Sequence record: MF360957.1
Strand: one strand, 5' to 3'
From: Bacillus phage PBS1
DNA length: 40,000 nt
Part shown: piece after piece, positions 9,859-17,813 of the stretch
Numbering within the stretch: position 1 is the stretch's first letter
How the letters are laid out: every line of letters begins with the position of its first letter
Program-made: the position numbers and the translations under genes
The notes under the pieces: generated by a model
Databases searched by the model: none
Seen by the model: only the letters and a program-made list of their open reading frames with translations
Told to the model about the DNA's origin: nothing

Positions 9859-10293
9859 TTGAGCAGAGAGAAAATTTTAAAGGAGACATTGCTTCTTAAT
9901 TCATTATTAGAAGCAAAAGTAATATCAAGAGAAAATGTTTTATTAAAAATCGAAAAAATGGTAAATAGTATGAACCCGCCACCTAAAAAGGTTATTTTTA
10001 GAGCAGTAAAAGATAAACAAGATAACTTAATAGATATAGAAGTTGTTGAACCGCAAAGATATGGAAAAGAGAAAACACTAATGAGCATTCAAAATGTTTT
10101 TACAACTGATTCAATTGAAAATACTCTAAGTGATATTGAGGCATCTTTTAAACTTGCAAATGAGTTTAAACCTATATTTAAAAAGGCAACTTTAAGAAAA
10201 AAGAAAAATAATACTGAGTTCTATTTTTCATTTCATGATAATAGACGTGTTTACAATCTTGAGACAGAAAAGTGGGAGAAAATGATAATGTAA
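9859..10293 (+). CDS. hypothetical protein
   Basis: 144 aa ORF with upstream aggggg-like SD and candidate promoter at 9805. Confidence 0.7.
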   Translation: MSREKILKETLLLNSLLEAKVISRENVLLKIEKMVNSMNPPPKKVIFRAVKDKQDNLIDIEVVEPQRYGKEKTLMSIQNVFTTDSIENTLSDIEASFKLANEFKPIFKKATLRKKKNNTEFYFSFHDNRRVYNLETEKWEKMIM

Positions 10294-10300
10294 ATGAAAT

Positions 10301-10340
10301 AACAGTTAAGTGATTTTAAACACTTAACTGTTATTTATAA
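10301..10340. terminator. bidirectional hairpin terminator between convergent genes
   Basis: aaataacagttaagtg ... cacttaactgttattt. Confidence 0.8.
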
Positions 10341-10763
10341 TTATTTCATTTTACCCTTCATATTTAGAAGTGGTTTAAAATTAACTTTAACTGTTTTAAT
10401 TTTACCATCTTTAGATCTATACAAAGCGTATACAGTTCTCATAGAACCTTTAGCTGTTGGACCTTCTTCTGTAATAACTACTTGACCATTAAAGGTTTTG
10501 AAGTTTTGAGTAGAGATCTTGGTGAGTTTTCCTATAGAAAATGTACTTTTCATACTACTTGAGAATAATGCTTTTAGTTCTTCTGAGTCTTTTAATTCAT
10601 TAACACTTTTTACTGGCGTTAATCCTTTCTTTTGAGCCTTAGCGTTTGTTTCTTTAAGAGCAATTTCAATAGCTTTTTTAAGATCAGGCGCTCCTTTACT
10701 TACACGAATTGCTTCATTAAACATAAATGAAGACTCAACTAATTTTAACTGTTTTTCATTCAT
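10341..10763 (-). CDS. hypothetical protein
   Basis: 140 aa ORF with SD ggaggtttt upstream. Confidence 0.75.
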   Translation of the reverse strand: MNEKQLKLVESSFMFNEAIRVSKGAPDLKKAIEIALKETNAKAQKKGLTPVKSVNELKDSEELKALFSSSMKSTFSIGKLTKISTQNFKTFNGQVVITEEGPTAKGSMRTVYALYRSKDGKIKTVKVNFKPLLNMKGKMK

Positions 10764-10786
10764 ATGAAAACCTCCAATATGTGATA

Positions 10787-10798
10787 TAATATATTGTT
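10787..10798 (-). promoter_or_regulatory. candidate phage RNAP promoter
   Basis: AACAatatatTA on minus strand upstream of ORF 10341-10763. Confidence 0.45.
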
Positions 10799-10811
10799 TA
10801 TTGAAGAAGAC

Positions 10812-10823
10812 AACAATTAATTA
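10812..10823 (+). promoter_or_regulatory. candidate phage RNAP promoter
   Basis: AACAattaatTA upstream of the intron-split gene. Confidence 0.45.
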
Positions 10824-10849
10824 TAGACTAGATAAGTAGGAGGATTATT

Positions 10850-12091
10850 ATGTCATTTTTTAAAGGTATTCGGAACATAGAAAGAGTTCAATATGATCTA
10901 GTACAATATTGTGACAAGGAATTTGTTCCAAAATTTATAGCAAGTCAAAATATTGATGAAGATAAATTATACGATACTATTGATTTTAGTTTACAGTTAG
11001 CTGAAAAATTACATTTAGATTACAATATGTGTTTTACAATTGCAGTAATGCATGATTTTGGTTATATTGAAGAAGATGAAAATAATTTTAATACATTAAT
11101 GAGCATAAAAGCAGATCAATTTTTGTTAAGATATTTTGATGGAAGTCAAATGGAGATTATTGAATCTGCTTGTAAAGAACACGATGGTACAAGTAGAGAA
11201 ACAGGAATATTTACATCTTTATATTCAAAGGTTATTGCAGATGCAGATAGGATGTCAATATTGAGAATTGAAGCTATGATTCGTCATTATTGGAAATTCT
11301 ATTCTAATCAAAAGGCATTCTCTAATACAGATGAGCGTCCTAATAAACTAACAGATAAAGAAATTTTTGATAAGATGTATAGTTTTCTAAAAAAAGAGTA
11401 TGGTACAATTGTATCAAAAAATAAATTATTATTAGAAGCATCAAGAGAAATGATGAAAGATGAAATAGAGAATTCTAATAAAGTATTAAGCTCTGAAGAA
11501 GATACAAAAAGAATGGTTCTACATTTAGCTACTTATGGGGAAATTCAAATAAATAATGATGGAACGCTTACCGTAGAAAAAATAACTAAAGAGCCAATCA
11601 GTGAATCAGATCCTTTTGAATTATTTGAAAAAAATATAAAAGAATCAGTAGATGAACAACTACTAGAAGCCGCACCAAAGAATCTATCAAAGAGACAAAA
11701 GGTAGAAGATTTAATATATAAGGTACTTTCAATTTTAGATGATACTGGAGCTAACTTGAGAAAATATAAAGAGTTCTTTGGTAAAATGAATGATGAACAA
11801 TTTGATAGATATATGAAAAAATTCCTAAAAGATGAAGATGAAAATTTTTATCTTGAAATTTTACCTAATAAAAGTGAACCTTCATTAAAGCAAATTAAAA
11901 AAGCACTAGATATCTTAAAAGTACCAACTGATGAGTATGTATATCTTCGACATGATGGTCATAAAAATGATCCTATTAGAACTGCATATAAAGTACCTGT
12001 TGGTTATATTACAATTAAGCGAGTACAACAAATTCTAAGTAAAAAGAATACTTATTCTCTTGATATTGCACAAAGAAACATGAAATCGGGT
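10850..12091 (+). CDS. exon 1 of intron-split gene: HD-domain N-terminus plus start of RNAP beta (RpoB) C-terminus-like domain
   Basis: HD-type residues VMHDFGY, CKEHDGT, IADADRMS; C-terminal part EYVYLRHDGHKNDPIRTAYKVPVGYITIKRVQQILSKKNTYSL...NMKSG resembles RpoB LYDGRTGEPFxxPVxVGxMYxLKLxHxVxDKxHARSTGPYSL; exon ends in frame with GGT at codon 414. Confidence 0.8.
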
Positions 12092-13343
12092 TATAATTGG
12101 CTCTCCATTATAGCAATATAATGGCAAACACTCTCCTTAATTTCTGGGATATCCTAATTTTTAGGACAATCAGAAGCGAATTTGAATAAAAACCTAACAT
12201 TTAATTAACTAAAAATGAGGTTAGGTTGGTGGAAATCATGGATTTAAAAAAGACTGTAAACGAATTAAATAAAGATTTTATTTTTATAAGTGGTATATTT
12301 AATGGTTATAAGAACACTATGATTGAGGTTAAACACAAAGTATGTGGGAAAAAATTCAATACAAATTATAGAAATTTTAGACGAAACCAAAGATGTCATT
12401 ATTGTTCTCCTTTAAAAAACTCAAAATTAACTCATAGTTCTTTTATTAAAAAAGTAAAAGATAAATATAATGATGAATACACCATATTAGGTAATTATAT
12501 AAATAACCGGACACATTTACCAGTTAAACATAATAAATGTGGAAATAAATGGGAAGTAAGACCTGATAATCTTCTCAATGGATATGGTTGTAATATCTGT
12601 GGAGGAAGTAAGAAACTTACAACTGAAGAATTTAAGGAAAAAGTCTTTGAAATAGTTGGTGACGAATATTCAGTTCTCTCAGAATATAAGAATAGTGAAA
12701 CTAAAATTTTAATGAGACATGAAAAATGTGGTTATGAATGGTTAATTAGACCAATTAATTTCACTACATGCTATAATAGATGTCCTAATTGTAGAAATAT
12801 ATCTGATGGGGAATCTAAAATAAGAGAATGGTTGGAGAACAAGAATCTTTCTTATGAGACTGAATTTTCAATGAAAAAATGCAGAGATAAAAGACCTTTA
12901 AGATTTGATTTTAAGGTATCTTTGAATAATGAGACTTTTTGTTTAATTGAATTTGATGGAAAACAACATTTTAAAACTGGTGGATTTATTAATGAGAGTT
13001 ATATAGAAGGAGTAAGAAAAAGAGATAAAATAAAAAATGATTTCTGTAATAAAAATAATATACCACTATTAAGAATTCGTTATACAGAATTTAATGAAAT
13101 CAATGATATTCTAGAGAATTTTATTCAAAACGTTCAACGACTATCCGAAAGCAATCATACGATTGTGAGTAGCGGTGAAATTCCGCAATAGGAGTACGGC
13201 TCAAGCTATTGGAGTGGGTGAGAATCCCTTAAATGGAAACAGGAGGTATCCTTAACGGATAAAGATATAGTCTCGTCTCTATGGTAACATAGAGCAGTTC
13301 ATAAGAGAACGCAGTAGATGTAGCGAGTCTACTGGAAGATACG
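12092..13343 (+). ncRNA. group I intron 1 (1252 nt), carries a homing-endonuclease ORF
   Basis: Core motifs gttcaacgactatc (13132-13145) and aaagatatagtctc (13261-13274); removal restores frame GGT|CAA; ends in G; exon end GGGU can pair with GCUC in the intron as P1. Confidence 0.85.
12226..13191 (+). CDS. intron-encoded homing endonuclease candidate with three zinc-finger-like repeats and Vsr-like C-terminus
   Basis: Three repeats of VKHxxCGxxW...CxxC; C-terminal FDFKV...FCLIEFDGKQHF...RIRYTE; likely true start ATG at 12238. Confidence 0.8.
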   Translation: MVEIMDLKKTVNELNKDFIFISGIFNGYKNTMIEVKHKVCGKKFNTNYRNFRRNQRCHYCSPLKNSKLTHSSFIKKVKDKYNDEYTILGNYINNRTHLPVKHNKCGNKWEVRPDNLLNGYGCNICGGSKKLTTEEFKEKVFEIVGDEYSVLSEYKNSETKILMRHEKCGYEWLIRPINFTTCYNRCPNCRNISDGESKIREWLENKNLSYETEFSMKKCRDKRPLRFDFKVSLNNETFCLIEFDGKQHFKTGGFINESYIEGVRKRDKIKNDFCNKNNIPLLRIRYTEFNEINDILENFIQNVQRLSESNHTIVSSGEIPQ

Positions 13344-13451
13344 CAAGTTACAGGTAATGACAAAATTGCCAGAATATCTGATATTGAATCATATAGTCTT
13401 GTTGCTATAGGAGCTGATAATGCTTTAAAAGAATTCCTTGGACCACGAGCT
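13344..13451 (+). CDS. exon 2 (36 codons) of the intron-split RpoB-C-terminus-like gene
   Basis: QVTGNDKIARISDIESYSLVAIGADNALKEFLGPRA aligns by eye with RpoB [34 protein letters not shown]; exactly 108 nt, in frame with both neighbours. Confidence 0.85.
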
Positions 13452-14882
13452 AGATTATTGGCTCGTAATTTCCTTAATTGCTGGAAACTCCTTAGAGCTT
13501 ATTAGACCACAACGTGACTGGTAACAGTGAGCGTGAAGGTTATAAGAACTAATAAGATTGGACAATCAGCAGCTAAGCTTTTATATAATTCTTTAAAAGA
13601 GCTGACAATGCTAAAACAAAAATATATTTAAATTTAGTGTTGGAGGTAATTAAATTTTATGCCTAGAAGAAAAAGCAATGAGGAATTTATGAATGAAGTT
13701 ATAGAGTTAGTAGGGGAAGAATATACATTTTTAGAGAAGTATGTACGATCACTGACTAAAATAAAGGTAAAGCATAATATTTGTAATAATATATACATGG
13801 TTACTCCTAATGATTTCCTAAATGGTGGAAAAAGATGTCCTAAATGTACTGTTCAAAAAATGGCTGATCGGTCAAGAATGACAAATGAGGAATTCATTAA
13901 TAGAGTAAAAAAAGTAACTAAAAATGATTATACCTTTCTAGAAAAATATAATGGTACTAATAACAATTTAAAAGTAATTCATAATATTTGTGGATATAAA
14001 TATTGTGTATCACCTAATAATTTCCTAAATGGTGGAAAAAGATGTCCTAAATGTGCTAATAATATTAAAAGAACAAATAAGGAATTCGTTAATGAAATTA
14101 GCAAATTAGTAGGAGAAGAATATACTTTTTTAGATGAGTATATAAATACTGATACGCCTATAAAAATTATTCATAATATTTGTGGTCATAAATATAAAAC
14201 TTCCCCTAAAGAGTTTATTCATAGAAATTCTCGTTGTCCAAAGTGTAATTTTCTTAATAATGAATCTTTCTTTTCTAAAGTTATAAAAAAGACATTAAAT
14301 GAATTAAATATTTATTTTATTCAAGAATATTCTATTAGAGAGTTGGGTAAAGGTAAAAAATTTGATTTTTATATACCTAGTTTAAACCTATTAATAGAGT
14401 ATGATGGTAGCCAACATTTCCACCAAAAATTTAATGATAAAAATGGTTTCTTGTCACAGATAAAAAGAGACCAAGAAAAGAATGATTTTATAAAAAATAG
14501 TGAATACACTTTGATTAGAATAAGTTACAAAATCAATAAAAACCTAGACATAATAATTAAAGAATTAATAAAAGAAAGTTCAACGACTATCGAAAAATAT
14601 AATCTATTATTAATTAATAAAAATAATGTAGTAAATTTTAACAAATATTACAAGAATGCTAATATTAATTATTTTGATTATATTAAGTAGAGTACCCTAC
14701 AAGCTATTGGTAGTATACTTCTGGGATGAAGTATAGTATAGAAAATTTTCTATATTGGGAAACAGGAAACTTAGAAGATATAGTCTCAACTTCTATGGAA
14801 ACATAGAGCAGTTCATTAATACTATTTTAAATAGTATTATGAGAACGCAATGAGTGTAGCGAGCTCATTGGAAGATAACTTG
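13452..14882 (+). ncRNA. group I intron 2 (1431 nt), carries a homing-endonuclease ORF
   Basis: P1 pairing ACGAGCU|...GGCUCGU with terminal U.G; gttcaacgactatc at 14578-14591; agatatagtctc at 14776-14787; ends in G; splicing gives A|DNSVAKTDMY in frame. Confidence 0.9.
13659..14690 (+). CDS. intron-encoded homing endonuclease candidate with zinc-finger-like repeats and Vsr-like C-terminus
   Basis: Three repeats ending CPKC; FDFYIPSLNLLIEYDGSQHF...LIRISYK. Confidence 0.8.
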   Translation: MPRRKSNEEFMNEVIELVGEEYTFLEKYVRSLTKIKVKHNICNNIYMVTPNDFLNGGKRCPKCTVQKMADRSRMTNEEFINRVKKVTKNDYTFLEKYNGTNNNLKVIHNICGYKYCVSPNNFLNGGKRCPKCANNIKRTNKEFVNEISKLVGEEYTFLDEYINTDTPIKIIHNICGHKYKTSPKEFIHRNSRCPKCNFLNNESFFSKVIKKTLNELNIYFIQEYSIRELGKGKKFDFYIPSLNLLIEYDGSQHFHQKFNDKNGFLSQIKRDQEKNDFIKNSEYTLIRISYKINKNLDIIIKELIKESSTTIEKYNLLLINKNNVVNFNKYYKNANINYFDYIK

Positions 14883-15083
14883 GATAACTCTGTAGCAAAG
14901 ACAGATATGTATAAAAATATTAATTTATATGGATATACTTATCTAAAAGATTTAGGTCATGATATTACTGAAAATCAAACTCTTAATACCATGTATGTAT
15001 ATCTAATGGGTGCTGGATTAGGGAATGATTTATTAAAAGAGGATACTAATTTAGAAGAACTATTAGATAAAAAAGGAAAGTGA
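14883..15083 (+). CDS. exon 3 of the intron-split RpoB-C-terminus-like gene
   Basis: DNSVAKTDMYKNINLYGYTYLKDL... continues exon 2; the first 11 codons of supplied ORF 14850-15083 are intron sequence. Confidence 0.85.
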   Translation, partial: DNSVAKTDMYKNINLYGYTYLKDLGHDITENQTLNTMYVYLMGAGLGNDLLKEDTNLEELLDKKGK

Positions 15084-15087
15084 TATT

Positions 15088-16092
15088 ATGGAGAATAAAA
15101 GTAAAAACAATCCCCTTGAGATAAAAGGGGATTTTGTTTCATTAGCAGAAAATTTAAAATCATTTTTTTCTAAAGAATTAAAGGAAAATATTATTATTGA
15201 TAAAGATAATATGCTATTAGAATATGATTCAAATTTTGAGAAAGAATATTCATTCCCCTCAATCAAAATTGTAGAATCCAATAATAAATTAGTTGAAAGT
15301 AAATTTAAACAAATAGAATCTAGACTAAAAGAAAATTATCAATTTACTAATTATGATCTAAATATAGATGAGGATAAATCAAATAATATAAAGTATATTA
15401 GCCACCATTACAATTTAAAGGAAAATAAAAATGTTATCTTATCTATAAACATGATTAAGGATAATACGAGATATGATAAAATTATTGAGAGTATTAATAT
15501 AAGCCTAGTATTTAGTAATCCTGTTATTACTGAAACTACACATTTGGGAATCACAAAAACTAATATTTTAGAAGAAGATTTGTTAATGGAATCAGTATTT
15601 AAAAGAAATAAATATAATAATGAATTAGAGAATATGGATCGAATAATGCGAATTAATAGTATCTCTACTGTTAACTTATTAAATGTTTTTGATAGTAAAT
15701 TAGTTAGCATGTTAGAAAGAAGATTTGGAACTTCTTTAAATGGAAATAAAGAATATTACACTACTTACAAAAAATCTTATGAAAAGGATCTTTTATTAAG
15801 ACATTTTGTAGGAGAATATAATAAATTAGTAAACAACAAAGCACTACCAAAGCATATTAGTTTTGCTTTCTCAGGACTGTTATATAAGGGACAGATGTAC
15901 CCATTGTTAATTTCTATTAATAATAATATTAATAGGGTGATTGGAGTTTACTGTTTCTTATTAAGTCCAGATACTGAAAATGAGGGTGTTTATCAGATAG
16001 GAAAAGCTGAATTATACCACTCACCAGTTGATTCATTAGCAAGTGATATATTAAAAGTACGTAAAGTTCTTAAGTGTTCATATTTTGGATAA
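15088..16092 (+). CDS. hypothetical protein
   Basis: 334 aa ORF immediately downstream of exon 3 with ggaaagtgatattatg. Confidence 0.75.
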   Translation: MENKSKNNPLEIKGDFVSLAENLKSFFSKELKENIIIDKDNMLLEYDSNFEKEYSFPSIKIVESNNKLVESKFKQIESRLKENYQFTNYDLNIDEDKSNNIKYISHHYNLKENKNVILSINMIKDNTRYDKIIESINISLVFSNPVITETTHLGITKTNILEEDLLMESVFKRNKYNNELENMDRIMRINSISTVNLLNVFDSKLVSMLERRFGTSLNGNKEYYTTYKKSYEKDLLLRHFVGEYNKLVNNKALPKHISFAFSGLLYKGQMYPLLISINNNINRVIGVYCFLLSPDTENEGVYQIGKAELYHSPVDSLASDILKVRKVLKCSYFG

Positions 16093-16098
16093 ATAAAT

Positions 16099-16150
16099 AA
16101 TAAATGGAATATCATACGGTTTAACAGCCAAATATGATATTCCATTTATT
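16099..16150. terminator. 18-bp perfect-stem hairpin, possibly bidirectional or processing signal
   Basis: aataaatggaatatcata / tatgatattccatttatt with 16-nt loop. Confidence 0.5.
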
Positions 16151-16151
16151 A

Positions 16152-16163
16152 AACAAATAATTA
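16152..16163 (+). promoter_or_regulatory. candidate phage RNAP promoter
   Basis: AACAaataatTA upstream of the membrane-protein/holin genes. Confidence 0.4.
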
Positions 16164-16206
16164 ATTTCCACTAAACTATTATTATGAAAGGGGTAGAACA
16201 TGAGAA

Positions 16207-17157
16207 ATGAAGAACAAGAGAGCAAAAAGAACTCTAAATGTGTTCTCTGTTCTAGTATTTGCATTTTTATTATTACTCCTAATGGGAAGTAATTATGTCA
16301 TCAATCTAGCTAATACTAGTTCTGAGAAAATAAGCTCTGCTATAGAAAATCAGAACCGACAGCATGCTAGGAGTAATCTCTTATATTTTAACGATAAATT
16401 AACAAGGGATTACGAGAACGGTAAATTAGATGTTACCAATCCAAAACAACTAGAGAAATGGGCTACTGATAATTTAAGAACAGTAAAATCAGATTCAACA
16501 TTTAATAATTTTGCTGTAATTGAAGTTGAATATAGCAAAGCAAGTAAGGAGTATATTGGTAATTATATTTGGCGTGCATCTCCACAGAATATTGATAATG
16601 GTCTAGGATATATGACTACCTATGATATCATTGTTAATCAAGAGAAAGCCAGAGTCTTCTTTTCCAATAATAAAGATATTGGCGGGAAATATCCGTTTAT
16701 TTCTTACAATTTAATTAAGAATTCCTATAAAGGAAAGATCAGCGACTTAATTAAAGAAGAAATCATTAGATATAAAAATCCAGATGAAGTCCAAGATACC
16801 TTAAATGCTATGTATGAAGGATCAGTAAGTGGTAACAATGATAATTACACTTGGAAATATAATAATGGTAAAGAAAGCTTTATTGAATGGACAACAGTTC
16901 CTTTAGAATCAACTATTGGACTGAATGATGAACCAAAAAATAAACGTGGATTAATAAATCCTAATTATAAAAGAATTATTATAGCATGTTCAGTTGATAA
17001 AGATTATGTTAACCAACCATTTAAGAAACAAATAACAGATCTAGAACACTTTAAAGAGTGCGTTTTAATAGGAGTTAGTTTGTTTGTATTTCTCTCTATT
17101 GGTTTAATTCTCTATTTTACTTGGCTGATTTGCTACAATAATAACCACAAAAAATAA
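16207..17157 (+). CDS. two-pass membrane protein with large extracytoplasmic domain
   Basis: Hydrophobic segments VFSVLVFAFLLLLLMGSNYVI and VLIGVSLFVFLSIGLILYFTWLI flank about 240 soluble residues. Confidence 0.75.
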   Translation: MKNKRAKRTLNVFSVLVFAFLLLLLMGSNYVINLANTSSEKISSAIENQNRQHARSNLLYFNDKLTRDYENGKLDVTNPKQLEKWATDNLRTVKSDSTFNNFAVIEVEYSKASKEYIGNYIWRASPQNIDNGLGYMTTYDIIVNQEKARVFFSNNKDIGGKYPFISYNLIKNSYKGKISDLIKEEIIRYKNPDEVQDTLNAMYEGSVSGNNDNYTWKYNNGKESFIEWTTVPLESTIGLNDEPKNKRGLINPNYKRIIIACSVDKDYVNQPFKKQITDLEHFKECVLIGVSLFVFLSIGLILYFTWLICYNNNHKK

Positions 17158-17170
17158 AAGAAAAGGAGCA

Positions 17171-17581
17171 TTGATAACCATGCCTAACCATACTGATGAC
17201 ACAATTGTCAGAATTTTATGGGTGGTAGTGATTAGCTTCTTTTCCGCATTCGCCAAGGAACTTAATGATCGTGCCAAAAACCCTAAAGAAACGTTTCTCT
17301 TATTTCTGAGTGAGGTTCTTCTAAACGGTGTTTGTGGTGCGATCACTGGAGTTCTAGCATTTAACCTCACGGATAATATCTATACAATATCTGCTATTTC
17401 CGCAATCGGAGGATTAATGGGAATGAACCTCATCAAATACATTACTAAGCTTGGCATTGTTTATGTTGCGGCATTGAGAAATATAAACGTAGATGATCTT
17501 AGTAAAATTAATTTAGATGATGAAAAGCCTAGCGAAGAAGAAAAGAAAGAGAACACTACAGAAGAAAAAAGGGAATCCTAA
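17171..17581 (+). CDS. holin-like membrane protein
   Basis: Three hydrophobic segments with charged C-terminus; pattern resembles LydA-type phage holins; start likely MPNHTDD at 17180. Confidence 0.55.
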   Translation: MITMPNHTDDTIVRILWVVVISFFSAFAKELNDRAKNPKETFLLFLSEVLLNGVCGAITGVLAFNLTDNIYTISAISAIGGLMGMNLIKYITKLGIVYVAALRNINVDDLSKINLDDEKPSEEEKKENTTEEKRES

Positions 17582-17704
17582 GATAATTAAAGAAGAATAG
17601 TCTAATAACTCACTGTTCTTCTTTGAATTATCATGGCATGAGTTATAATGCTTCTTTTATGTTTTAATTTTATTACTTTTGAGTTATTATTTTAATATAA
17701 GAAT

Positions 17705-17730
17705 AAAATTATACTGTACAGTATAATTTT
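17705..17730. repeat. perfect 26-nt palindrome aaaattatactgtacagtataatttt
   Basis: Read directly; upstream of the AAA+ ATPase gene. Confidence 0.9.
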
Positions 17731-17813
17731 TCAATTGCATTTAATTGTCATTACCTTAAATGAAATATAAGAATATATTATTAATTTGTATATTTTATTA
17801 AGGAGGACATTAA

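Noticed and set aside
9798-10088. 96-aa minus-strand ORF
   Set aside because: Overlaps the candidate promoter and the plus-strand ORF 9859-10293 in antisense.
12092-12121. Last residues (YNWLSIIAI) of supplied ORF 10850-12121
   Set aside because: Translation of unspliced intron 1 sequence, not part of the mature protein.
14850-14882. First 11 codons (MSVASSLEDNL) of supplied ORF 14850-15083
   Set aside because: They are the 3' end of intron 2, not exon; true coding resumes at 14883.
12092-14882. Insertion-sequence or transposon explanation for the interruptions
   Set aside because: No terminal inverted repeats, target duplications or transposase; group I core motifs and frame restoration explain the segments better.
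15063-15710. Minus-strand ORFs 15063-15281 and 15408-15710
   Set aside because: Antisense to ORF 15088-16092; low-complexity hydrophobic translations.
17104-17370. 88-aa minus-strand ORF
   Set aside because: Antisense to the membrane protein and holin-like genes.
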